NCBI GenBank assembly: GCA_048270185.1
Contig: JBLWTJ010000002.1
Span: 192,001 to 256,000 of the forward strand
Origin: Bacteriovoracaceae bacterium
Lineage (GTDB): Bacteria > Bdellovibrionota > Bacteriovoracia > Bacteriovoracales > Bacteriovoracaceae
Direction: 5' to 3'
DNA length: 64,000 bases
A program made the position numbers and the translations under genes. This document shows positions 49,662-58,820 of this stretch, one piece after another. The stretch's first letter is position 1. Each line of letters begins with the position of its first letter. Below the pieces are notes generated by a model. That model made no database searches, was not told where the DNA came from, and was given only the letters and a program-made list of their open reading frames with translations.

Positions 49662-50684
49662 ATGAAGATTACCGAGAATGATTATTTTTTAGCAAAGAAG
49701 TATAAGAAGCAAGATAGCTTCTATATAAGCCTATCTCGTAAACGCCCTACTTTAGCTGGTGCATTTATTGAAATGCTAGAAGTTCTTTCACAGAACTTAA
49801 TTAATAAAGAGTGTGATTTTCTACTAATCGACAACGACGATCAGATTCTTTTAAAGGATTTACAAAATATTGGATTCAACACTTATGGTTACTTAGCAGA
49901 TGATAAATTAATCTCACTAAGTGACATTAACCTTATTGCACATACAAAAAAGATACAGAATATTGTTCTAGTTGTCGGAAGTAAGATTAAGCATCCTTCA
50001 ATTGAGAACTCAAAAGAGTTTATTTCATTTATTAGAAACAGAGAGCGTTATTTAACAAATCTTACAGAATTAAATCCAAATATTTATAAGGATACAGAGA
50101 ATTTAAAATCTTTTAACCTACAAGATAATGATAAATTAAGAGTTGATAATAGCTTCTCATCTCTATCAATGAAAAGAACCTCGGCAAATGGATTTAACTC
50201 GCCACTAGAAAGTAGTGAAATCATCCAGCTTCTTAACGACAGTCTTTCATATACTCAAAGTAATTCCATAAAAAGACCAATTGCTTGTGCAGGAGGACTT
50301 GGAAATTTCAAGGCCTATATAACAAATGGTGATAATAATGTCGAAATCTACACTCCAGAAGACTTAAACATCAAGCAAACGAATATCGAATGGAATAATC
50401 TTTTAATGGACCAGATAGCAAGTAATCTTGAGACCTTTAATGGATGTAAAACTTGGCTAATTCTAAGTGTGGACCTAGTTCAATTAAGGAGTAAATATGG
50501 AGCAAGAGCTTATCGATTTGCTCTAATGGAAACAGGCGGACTTCTCCATCAACTACATCTATCGGCTACTTCATATGGATTTGACTTTCGTATTCTAGGC
50601 GGTTTTGACGACAAGGTAGTAGAAACTTTACTACACATAGGTAATGAAGAAGTTGTCACAGCAATATGTGGACTAGGAAAGTAA
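49662..50684 (+). CDS. SagB/McbC-type FMN-dependent azoline dehydrogenase (nitroreductase fold)
   Basis: RPIACAGGL; SKYGARAYRFALMETG...LSATSYG...ILGGFDD; ATG 49662 one base after upstream stop. Confidence 0.85.
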   Translation: MKITENDYFLAKKYKKQDSFYISLSRKRPTLAGAFIEMLEVLSQNLINKECDFLLIDNDDQILLKDLQNIGFNTYGYLADDKLISLSDINLIAHTKKIQNIVLVVGSKIKHPSIENSKEFISFIRNRERYLTNLTELNPNIYKDTENLKSFNLQDNDKLRVDNSFSSLSMKRTSANGFNSPLESSEIIQLLNDSLSYTQSNSIKRPIACAGGLGNFKAYITNGDNNVEIYTPEDLNIKQTNIEWNNLLMDQIASNLETFNGCKTWLILSVDLVQLRSKYGARAYRFALMETGGLLHQLHLSATSYGFDFRILGGFDDKVVETLLHIGNEEVVTAICGLGK

Positions 50685-50690
50685 CAACTA

Positions 50691-52799
50691 ATGAAAAGAA
50701 TTGATAAGATCTTCATCATTCTCTTTTGCTTTATTATCGTAGTGTTAGGATTCTACTCAAATTATGCCTATAGCTTAATTCAAGAAGAAGCAAAGCAAGT
50801 TGCCATCAAACAAATGATTGCTAATTCTAATGTTATAACTTCATCTATCCAAAATGATGTATTTTCAAGTAACTATATTAACGCCTGGTACTCAGCATCA
50901 CGTTCAATCAAAAACATAGATGGTGCTTACTTCATTCTAGCGGATATCGACGGTAACGACCTAGTCGATGATTTAGGCTCTCAACTCAAGTATAAGAAGC
51001 TTACAGAAAATAATAAATTTAAAAAAAAGGAAATTAACAAGTCTTCTTATTATTTAGTTTCAAATGACTTTAAAAACCTCATTGTAAAAGATCACTTTAT
51101 TAGTAACCTCGACGGGAAAAGTAATTATTCTATTTCATATGTCTATCCGCTCTCTTTCTTAGAAGCGAGTATATCAAAAATCTCATATATAAATTTAGCT
51201 TTAGCTGCAATATTAATTGGAATCATTGCTCTGTATTTTATAATTATTCGTAAGCTCTTTAATAATAGCTTCACTGCTCTTGGTAATGGAGTTGACCATA
51301 TTATTAAGGGGGAAGAAATCACTAATGCTGAAATCAACGAAGTACTTGAAGATCATTTCGAGGCGCGCACACTCCTTGATAATTTCAAGAAAGATTATGA
51401 TTTAACTAAGAGGAAGTTACAGGAAGAAGCAAAACTATCGGCCCTTTCTAAAATTGCAACACAAGTTGCCCATGATATTCGTTCCCCTCTATCTGTATTA
51501 GAAATGTCTATTTTTGAAGAGGAACAAGTTAGTAATAAGAATATAATCCAAAGTGCGATTCAAAGAATTAATGATATTGCCAATAATTTATTAAGTGAGA
51601 ACAGGACTAATACTAAAGGTCAGGAAGAGATCTATCTTCCATATGTTATTGATTCGATTATTACCGAAAAACGCTACCAATATTCAAAATATCATCAACT
51701 AGAAATTAGATTTGTTAACAATTGTGACAATCTTAACCTGTTTACAAGGTTTAACGATATCGAGCTAAAGCGAATTCTTTCAAACCTTATTAATAACTCG
51801 GTCGAGAGCTTCGCAAACAGACAAGGTATTATTGAAATTATCCTCACTGACTCTCAGAATGATATCTTCTTAGAGATTAAGGACAATGGTCACGGTATTG
51901 AAGAAGACATCCTAGATCAACTACGCAAGAATCCATTTAGTCACAAGAAAGAAGGTGGAAATGGAATAGGCCTTTCTCATGCGATGCAAACAGCTCAGAA
52001 GTATCAAGCCAGTTTAGCACTAGACTCGCAAGTAGGACATGGAACAACAATTCGCCTAACACTTAAGAGAACTTCAGCACCAAGGTGGTTTAGCTCTTCA
52101 ATTAACCTTTCCAAATTTGATAATATAATTGTCTTAGATGACGACTACTCGATTCATGAGCTTTGGAATAAACGTTTATCAGGCCTTAAGAGAGATTATC
52201 ATATTATCAATTTAAATGACCCATTAGAGCTATCAGCAACTCTTTCTAAACTTGATATTAGTAAGACTTTCATTATATGTGATTACGAATTTGTACATGA
52301 GTCGCTAGACGGTATTGATACCATTATTGAAAATGATATCTCTAAGAACTCTATTCTTATTACAAGTCACTTCAATGAAGACGACCTTCAAGAAAGATGT
52401 CTTAAGAACTCAATAAAGATGGCACCTAAAAATTTAGCGAGATTAATTGAGCTACATGAATTTGGTAATATGAGTAAGGGAAAACAGGTCGTCTATCTTG
52501 ATGATGATCGCCTTTTAACTCATGCCTGGAAAACGAAAGCAACTAAGAATGGTGTGGATTTACTCACTTTCAATAATGTGAATGACCTACTTCAATCAGC
52601 AAGTGAGATCGATCAACAGGCGACCTTCTATATTGACTATAGTCTAGGTGAGAATGAATTAAGTGGAGATAAAGTAATTGAGAAGTTACAATCTCTAGGC
52701 TTTACTAAATTTTATTTGGCATCTGGTTACACTAGGGACTACTTTGACGAACTTGGAATTAATATCGAAGTCGTAGGTAAAGAAGCCCCTTGGGTATAA
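50691..52799 (+). CDS. Hybrid sensor histidine kinase with periplasmic domain and two C-terminal receiver-like domains
   Basis: Two TMs; QVAHDIRSPL; NLINNS, DNGHG, GNGIGL; IVLDDD and VYLDDD modules. Confidence 0.9.
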   Translation: MKRIDKIFIILFCFIIVVLGFYSNYAYSLIQEEAKQVAIKQMIANSNVITSSIQNDVFSSNYINAWYSASRSIKNIDGAYFILADIDGNDLVDDLGSQLKYKKLTENNKFKKKEINKSSYYLVSNDFKNLIVKDHFISNLDGKSNYSISYVYPLSFLEASISKISYINLALAAILIGIIALYFIIIRKLFNNSFTALGNGVDHIIKGEEITNAEINEVLEDHFEARTLLDNFKKDYDLTKRKLQEEAKLSALSKIATQVAHDIRSPLSVLEMSIFEEEQVSNKNIIQSAIQRINDIANNLLSENRTNTKGQEEIYLPYVIDSIITEKRYQYSKYHQLEIRFVNNCDNLNLFTRFNDIELKRILSNLINNSVESFANRQGIIEIILTDSQNDIFLEIKDNGHGIEEDILDQLRKNPFSHKKEGGNGIGLSHAMQTAQKYQASLALDSQVGHGTTIRLTLKRTSAPRWFSSSINLSKFDNIIVLDDDYSIHELWNKRLSGLKRDYHIINLNDPLELSATLSKLDISKTFIICDYEFVHESLDGIDTIIENDISKNSILITSHFNEDDLQERCLKNSIKMAPKNLARLIELHEFGNMSKGKQVVYLDDDRLLTHAWKTKATKNGVDLLTFNNVNDLLQSASEIDQQATFYIDYSLGENELSGDKVIEKLQSLGFTKFYLASGYTRDYFDELGINIEVVGKEAPWV

Positions 52800-52801
52800 A
52801 T

Positions 52802-53317
52802 TTACTTCTTAATTAAACTCTTTAATTTATCAGCAACTTTATTTGCATCAAGCATTGGATCAACATCGCGATCTAGTGCTGCAATTTTTAAATTTGGATC
52901 AATGATAAAAGTCCATCTCTTAGAAACGTTAAAGACTGCCATCTTCGCTCCAAACTCTTTTGTTACCTTTCCATCTTCATCTGATAAAAGATCAAAAGTT
53001 AAGGCATGCTCTTTGTGGAACTCGGCCTGATCTTTTACTGAGTCAGTACTAATCCCGTACACTTCTGCACCAAGGTTTCGAATAACTTTAATACTATCGC
53101 GAAATGCACAAGCTTGTTTTGTACATCCAGGAGTTCCGGCTTTTGGATAAAAATAAAGTACTGTCCACTTCCCTTTGCGTGTTTCTATATTAAAATCTAC
53201 ACCTTTGTGATTCTTAACGATAAATCTAGGAACTTCTTGTCCTGTTTCAACATCTTTTGCATATGCATTTACGAGTAAGAGACTCATTGCAACAAAAAAC
53301 CATTTTACCACTTTCAT
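52802..53317 (-). CDS. bcp: Peroxiredoxin BCP/PrxQ, exported
   Basis: YFYPKAGTPGCTKQACAFRD; signal peptide AYA. Confidence 0.9.
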   Translation of the reverse strand: MKVVKWFFVAMSLLLVNAYAKDVETGQEVPRFIVKNHKGVDFNIETRKGKWTVLYFYPKAGTPGCTKQACAFRDSIKVIRNLGAEVYGISTDSVKDQAEFHKEHALTFDLLSDEDGKVTKEFGAKMAVFNVSKRWTFIIDPNLKIAALDRDVDPMLDANKVADKLKSLIKK

Positions 53318-53495
53318 TATTCCTCCAAATCAGTGAAATTTAATCAATCTTATCTCTAGTTCTTATATATACGCAAATATCATCTCATCGGATCATTCTA
53401 AAAATTAAGAATAATGAATTTACATTTAGTTAGGAGCTTCAACTAACTCAACGACTTAAGTTCTCTTAATAAGATGAAACTGCTATAATCAGAAT

Positions 53496-53978
53496 ATGGA
53501 AGAAAGACAAATTAGCTTTAACTCAAAATTTGGAACGATTTATATCTGTGCCAATGTTAATGGAATCTCATACCTAGGATGGGAGGACCAAAATCGACCA
53601 GCTCCAACCCCTAGTTGTGATCTTAGAGTTAAGTCCTATCTTGCTAGTGCTCAAGATGAACTCATTGAATACTTTGCCGGTAGTCGCAAAGAATTCTCTC
53701 TTCCAATCAGTCTTGAGCGCGGAACAGATTTCCAAAAGAAGGTCTGGGCAGAATTATTAAAAATCCCATATGGCCAAGTTTCAAACTACAGTGATATTGC
53801 TCAGAAAGTAGGTTCACCAAAAGCCGTTCAGGCCGTAGGAAGCGCTAATGGGAAGAATCCAATCTGTCTGATTGTTCCTTGTCACCGCGTCATTGCAAAG
53901 TCGGGAGAACTTTCAGGATACGTTGCTGGGGCCAATATCAAAGAGGCCCTTCTCAATCTCGAAGGTGCTCTTATTTAG
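53496..53978 (+). CDS. ogt: Methylated-DNA-protein-cysteine methyltransferase
   Basis: GTDFQKKVW, IPYG, IVPCHRV. Confidence 0.95.
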   Translation: MEERQISFNSKFGTIYICANVNGISYLGWEDQNRPAPTPSCDLRVKSYLASAQDELIEYFAGSRKEFSLPISLERGTDFQKKVWAELLKIPYGQVSNYSDIAQKVGSPKAVQAVGSANGKNPICLIVPCHRVIAKSGELSGYVAGANIKEALLNLEGALI

Positions 53979-54024
53979 TTGCTTTGTATAGACGAAAACG
54001 CAGGGCAATGCTAAATTATTACCC

Positions 54025-55965
54025 ATGAATGATAATAAACAAAACAAGAAAGACATGCGTCCAAAACAGGACATTCCAACAATCCTATCTCGCCTAGAGC
54101 GTCCAAAGAAAGCAGTGATCACAGCAGGTATGCCTTATGCCAATGGCCCAGTTCACATTGGTCACCTGGCAGGAGCTCACGTTCCAGCAGATATCTACTC
54201 TCGTTGGATGAGACTTCTTATTGGAAATGACAATGTTCTCTTTGTTTGTGGAACCGATGACCACGGATCGACAAGTGAAGTTGCGGCCAAGAAACTAGGA
54301 AAGACAACTCAAGAATTTATTGAAGAAGTCCATACGAAACAACATAGTACAATGAAGCGCTATTCAATTGGACTTGATACATATACAGGAACTTCAAGAG
54401 AAGAAAATTTTGAAGCACACAAAGAACTATGCCAAGATTTTCTTAGAAAGATGCATGCAAATGGAATGCTTGATAAGAGAACGAGTCAGCAGTGGTTTGA
54501 TCCAAAGCTATCAATGTTCCTACCTGACCGCTATGTTCAAGGTGATTGCCCAAATCCAGATTGCTCAAATACTAAAGCTTATAGTGATGAGTGCGATGTT
54601 TGTGGTAAGAACTACGATCCAAGTGAATTAAAGAATCCAGTATCGGCCGTAAGTGATGCAACGCCAGAGCTTAAGGACACTGATCACTGGTATCTCAATA
54701 TGTGGAAAGTGACTGACCAATTAATTGAGTGGCTAAATACAAAACAAAAGACTTGGAGAAAGCCGATTCTTCAAGAAGCATTTGGGACAGTTTATCCATG
54801 TGTGACTTTCACAAATAAATCTGAACCTGCGTATAAAGAAATTAAAGAATCTCTTCCAAAACATAAGAGCCGTTACGCTCCGGGTAGAAAGGTTCTCGTT
54901 CAATTTGAAAATCTTGCAGACCTTGCAACTGGAAAGAAAATTCTTGAAGATGCAAAAATTGAATGTGAACTCAATGATGGTTGGGCACACCGTGCGATTA
55001 CTCGTGATGTTTCATGGGGAATCCCTGTTCCAACAGATATTGAGCCAGGGATGGAAGGTAAGACTTTATATGTTTGGCCAGAGTCACTTATCGCTCCAAT
55101 CTCATTTACAAAAGTTGCTCTAAAGAAGAAAGGATTAGACCCGCAAACTTATAAAGAATTTTGGACTGACCCAGAAGCGAAGGTTTTTCAATTCCTTGGT
55201 ACTGATAACGTCTTCTTCTATGTCCTTATGCAGGGATCAATGTGGTTTGGTGTTCAAGAAGACCCTATGAGACAGGCACTTCCAGGTGAGTTCCAACAAA
55301 CAGATGTCTTCTCTAATTTCCACCTACAAATTAATGGTGAAAAGATGAGTAAGTCTAAAGGTAACTTCTATACGGGAGATCAGCTAATTGACGAGATGGG
55401 ATACACAGCAGACCAAGTTCGCTACTTCCTTTCGACTCTAAGCTTATCAGAGAAAGCTTCTAACTTTGACTTTGAAGTTTTCAAGGCCAAGAATGCATTT
55501 CTTGCAGGGCCAATGAACGCTTCATTTGAGAAGCCAATCTCTGCTTGTCACAAGCAATTTGGTGGCGTGGTACCTAAGGGTGAGCTTATTGGAAAGACTG
55601 AAAAAGAAACGTTAAAAATTGTTCAGCAATATACGAAATTCATGGAAAAGGGAGAATACCCAAAAGCACTTGGTGCTCTTGAAAATTACGCTCGTATTAT
55701 TAACGGACTATTCAATACGCACAAGCCTCACGATGACCGCTTTGATGAGAAGGAAAGAACTGATGCTCTTTATTCTTGTTTCTACATTCTAAGAAATATC
55801 TTAGTAATGCTACAACCTTTTGCTCCAGAGACAATGGAGAAACTTCGTGTATCACTAAATCTTCCAGAAAGTGTTTACTCGATTGATGAGCTAACAAAAG
55901 AATTCCCTGAGAATCACAAGATTGGGGAACAAGCAGAATACTTCCCAGCAGTTGATGCTGAGTAA
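54025..55965 (+). CDS. metG: Methionine--tRNA ligase (no C-terminal OB domain)
   Basis: PYANGPVHIGH, zinc knuckle, KMSKS. Confidence 0.95.
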   Translation: MNDNKQNKKDMRPKQDIPTILSRLERPKKAVITAGMPYANGPVHIGHLAGAHVPADIYSRWMRLLIGNDNVLFVCGTDDHGSTSEVAAKKLGKTTQEFIEEVHTKQHSTMKRYSIGLDTYTGTSREENFEAHKELCQDFLRKMHANGMLDKRTSQQWFDPKLSMFLPDRYVQGDCPNPDCSNTKAYSDECDVCGKNYDPSELKNPVSAVSDATPELKDTDHWYLNMWKVTDQLIEWLNTKQKTWRKPILQEAFGTVYPCVTFTNKSEPAYKEIKESLPKHKSRYAPGRKVLVQFENLADLATGKKILEDAKIECELNDGWAHRAITRDVSWGIPVPTDIEPGMEGKTLYVWPESLIAPISFTKVALKKKGLDPQTYKEFWTDPEAKVFQFLGTDNVFFYVLMQGSMWFGVQEDPMRQALPGEFQQTDVFSNFHLQINGEKMSKSKGNFYTGDQLIDEMGYTADQVRYFLSTLSLSEKASNFDFEVFKAKNAFLAGPMNASFEKPISACHKQFGGVVPKGELIGKTEKETLKIVQQYTKFMEKGEYPKALGALENYARIINGLFNTHKPHDDRFDEKERTDALYSCFYILRNILVMLQPFAPETMEKLRVSLNLPESVYSIDELTKEFPENHKIGEQAEYFPAVDAE

Positions 55966-55967
55966 AT

Positions 55968-55997
55968 AAAAAGGCCTCTATTAAAGAGGCCTTTTTT
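55968..55997. terminator. Bidirectional intrinsic terminator
   Basis: AAAAAGGCCTCT-attaa-AGAGGCCTTTTT. Confidence 0.85.
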
Positions 55998-56650
55998 TAT
56001 GATAAATCTTCAAGCTGGCTTTTTATTTTATCTTTTAATTGTTCAAAATTAATATCTTCAATTTCAACAATCATTCCTTCATCAATTTGTCTTGCTTCCA
56101 CATCATCAAGATCACCTTCATCAGCAACACCAATAACTTGCTCGAGTGCAATTGACATATCTCTGTGAACAAAAGGATCTAGCTCATCAAGACCTGCAGC
56201 TAAAGTTGTTCCAAGAGCTGTTCCAGAAGGAGCTCCAAACAGAAACCCACCAACAGCGGCAACACCACCATCAAGACTAACTCCAGTACCAATATAGTAA
56301 GCGGCCGTAGCCTTTGCTCCAATAATTAATCCAAGGTAAGCAGAGACTGCTAAGATTGCAACATCTGCCCCAGCAGCGTATAGAGCATGACGCCCATTCA
56401 TATCGGCCATCTTCTTAATATCACTTCTTGCAAATGTACGATAATCTGAAAAGAGATTACGACATTTAAGTTCGCGACTATTACCAACACACTCTTCAAA
56501 GAGGTAGCGATCGTTTACGATCTCTGTGGCCTTAATATACTTATAAGGTGTCTCTTCAGCTTGAATAAATGTCGAAGCGTGATTAAGTTGGGCAAGGAGA
56601 AGAACTCCCGTAAAAAGAATTTTCTTTAGTTTTGGTGTTAGATTTTTCAT
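55997..56650 (-). CDS. Secreted hypothetical protein with Gly/Ala-rich hydrophobic hairpin
   Basis: Signal peptide NHA; long AGADVAILAV...GTTLAAG segment. Confidence 0.65.
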   Translation of the reverse strand: MKNLTPKLKKILFTGVLLLAQLNHASTFIQAEETPYKYIKATEIVNDRYLFEECVGNSRELKCRNLFSDYRTFARSDIKKMADMNGRHALYAAGADVAILAVSAYLGLIIGAKATAAYYIGTGVSLDGGVAAVGGFLFGAPSGTALGTTLAAGLDELDPFVHRDMSIALEQVIGVADEGDLDDVEARQIDEGMIVEIEDINFEQLKDKIKSQLEDLS

Positions 56651-56729
56651 GACCTAATAATAGCTATTTTCTTGAACAAATCAGCTCAATTGAAATTATT
56701 CTAGGCCATGAAAAAATATTAGACACTTC

Positions 56730-57506
56730 TTACTTCATGAAATTCTGGGACCTTAGGTAAGCTAATAAGTTCTCACTATACTTAATATGGGACTCTTCAG
56801 TGTACTTTGCCTGAGTGTAGACCTGGGCCAAGTTCAGTGCCCCACTTTCTTCAATCATCGCCCTCAATCTTTCATTATCTCGGTAACGCTTCATTCCCTC
56901 ACTCTCTCTTTCCTTGTAGGTTTCAAGAATTTCCTCATCGCTATAGTGGTGGTACTTTTCCCTGTGGACAAGAGATTTAAGTGGTAAGCGCTTACGCATA
57001 TGTGGCCTTTCATCAGGATGGCCAAGAGCAAAGCCCACAACCGGAACAACATTATCAGGAAGATTAAGAATATCCCCTATTTCAGAAGCACTGGCCAACG
57101 TTGTTCCCATATAGCATATTCCCAGCCCTAAACTCTCTGCGGCCAAGGCAGCGTTCTGACTAGCAAGAATGGCATCAATCGAGCCAATCATAAAACTCAT
57201 ATAATTATCAAAATTATTGGCGGCTTCACTAACTTTAAGCCATCTCCTCATACGATTAAAGTCTGCACAGAAAGTTAAGAAGATCGGGGCATCCATGAGC
57301 ATGGACTGCTCAAAATGTGCCTTGAACATCTTCTCCTTCATACTCTTATCTTTTGTTACAATGATCGAGTAAGCCTGCATATTCCCTGAACTTGAGGCCA
57401 TGACAGCTGCATTTAGAATTTCATCTAAAATAGCATCATCAACTTCTTGATTCTTAAACTCACGAATTGAACGATGAGAATGTAGTTGCTTAATAAAATC
57501 ATTCAT
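56730..57506 (-). CDS. NfsA/Frp-like nitroreductase
   Basis: HRSIREF, ASSSGNMQAYS, ESLGLGICYMG, RKRLP; GAGG before ATG 57506. Confidence 0.9.
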   Translation of the reverse strand: MNDFIKQLHSHRSIREFKNQEVDDAILDEILNAAVMASSSGNMQAYSIIVTKDKSMKEKMFKAHFEQSMLMDAPIFLTFCADFNRMRRWLKVSEAANNFDNYMSFMIGSIDAILASQNAALAAESLGLGICYMGTTLASASEIGDILNLPDNVVPVVGFALGHPDERPHMRKRLPLKSLVHREKYHHYSDEEILETYKERESEGMKRYRDNERLRAMIEESGALNLAQVYTQAKYTEESHIKYSENLLAYLRSQNFMK

Positions 57507-57873
57507 TACAACCTCTTTTTTGACCGACAAAATGGGCAAAGACGACTCCGTCTTGTAGGAGTTTTCCTGTAATTTTACAGTTTAACTTCAGTTTCCCTTT
57601 TAAATCGACTCTAAACTCTCGACCTCTTTCTTTGGCCAAAAAGCTAAGCATAATTACTTTTTGAAAAGCTCTTCCACTGACAGGAACTTTAAAAACTTTT
57701 GGTACTTCAAATGAACCTGTAATATGACCGTTGCTATCAATAGTTGTTATAGTTAAAATATCTCTGTAGGCATTCCCCGAGATATTAACATCGAGATCGT
57801 ATATACCGATGGAGCTTTCTCCAACGGCCACTACATGCAGGAGTGCAAATAGCATCAATATATACTTCTTCAT
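57499..57873 (-). CDS. Secreted hypothetical protein
   Basis: GGAG RBS, signal peptide, beta-rich. Confidence 0.65.
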   Translation of the reverse strand: MKKYILMLFALLHVVAVGESSIGIYDLDVNISGNAYRDILTITTIDSNGHITGSFEVPKVFKVPVSGRAFQKVIMLSFLAKERGREFRVDLKGKLKLNCKITGKLLQDGVVFAHFVGQKRGCNE

Positions 57874-58175
57874 GGATACTCCATAATTAAAATAGATTAA
57901 TAAATTTAAATTAGATTTGATTAAAAAATGTGATTAGGCGCAGTGGCGCCACCAAAGAATTGAAACTGAAATTGCGTAACGTTGAAGTCGAAAAATCATA
58001 GAAGCAAAGTATGATTTCTAAGCTTAGAAGTAAATAAGCTAGTTTCTAACAAATCATAACAGTAATGGTACAAGATCTATTACCTGTTCATAAAAACTAA
58101 ATAAGAAATAGCGAGAAACTTTATCATACTTTAGTAAACAACGCATGGCACGAGGTCTATTCTTAAATAAGGTAA

Positions 58176-58820
58176 ATGCTAAAATCTATAAAAAGAGTGA
58201 GGTATTTTATGCTATATAATGCGATAATTTTACTAATATTACTAAGTTGCTCCCACAAGGACATTAAGACTGAATTACCAGAGGAAAGATTAGTGAAGAA
58301 GGAAAAGAAAGTAATTGGTTGGAGAGAATGGGTAGAATTACCAGAGCTTGGTATCAAGAATATTAAGGCAAAAGTCGATACAGGTGCTCGCTCTTCTTCT
58401 CTTCATGCATTTGACGTTAAGATTTTTAAAAGAAGAGGTAAAGATTACGTAAGCTTTACTGTTCACCCAGAACAAAGAGATATAAAGAAAACAATTACTT
58501 GTGAAGAACCGGTACTTGAGTTTCGAAATGTTAGAAGTTCAAATGGTCATGTTGAAAAGAGACCAGTTATTGAAACAAATGTAAGGTTACTTGGAGAAGA
58601 GTGGCCAATTGAAATCACCCTCACGAATCGTGACGAGATGGGATTTCGAATGTTATTAGGACGCCAAAGTTTTAGAAATAAGTTTCTCGTTGATGCAGGA
58701 AAGTCTTTTAACGGTGAAAAGCTAAAAAAGAAAACGGCCAAGAAAAAAGTAAGTAAGAAGTCGACTAAGAAAGCGACTAAGAAAAAAGCTAAAAGTGTTA
58801 AGAGGAGCTCAACGAAATGA
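58176..58820 (+). CDS. RimB-like retropepsin-fold protease (annotated ATP-dependent Zn protease family); start uncertain
   Basis: IGWREW, AKVDTGARSSSLHA, RDEMGFRMLLGR; Lys-rich tail; alternative starts 58209 and GTG 58293. Confidence 0.85.
   Translation: MLKSIKRVRYFMLYNAIILLILLSCSHKDIKTELPEERLVKKEKKVIGWREWVELPELGIKNIKAKVDTGARSSSLHAFDVKIFKRRGKDYVSFTVHPEQRDIKKTITCEEPVLEFRNVRSSNGHVEKRPVIETNVRLLGEEWPIEITLTNRDEMGFRMLLGRQSFRNKFLVDAGKSFNGEKLKKKTAKKKVSKKSTKKATKKKAKSVKRSSTK

Noticed and set aside
46257..50684. Thiopeptide, thioamitide or bottromycin cluster
   Set aside because: No LanB-type dehydratase, pyridine synthase, TfuA or radical SAM gene in the window; YcaO plus SagB fits linear azoles best
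56730..57506. Second azole dehydrogenase
   Set aside because: Motifs match NfsA/Frp nitroreductases, lack the KYxxRxYR signature, and the gene is outside the island
58146..58161. Sigma-54 promoter TGGCACG upstream of rimB-like gene
   Set aside because: Good -24 element but AT instead of GC at -12
57874..58175. Possible ncRNA in 300-bp divergent intergenic region
   Set aside because: No recognisable RNA family motif or strong terminator; length is explained by two promoters
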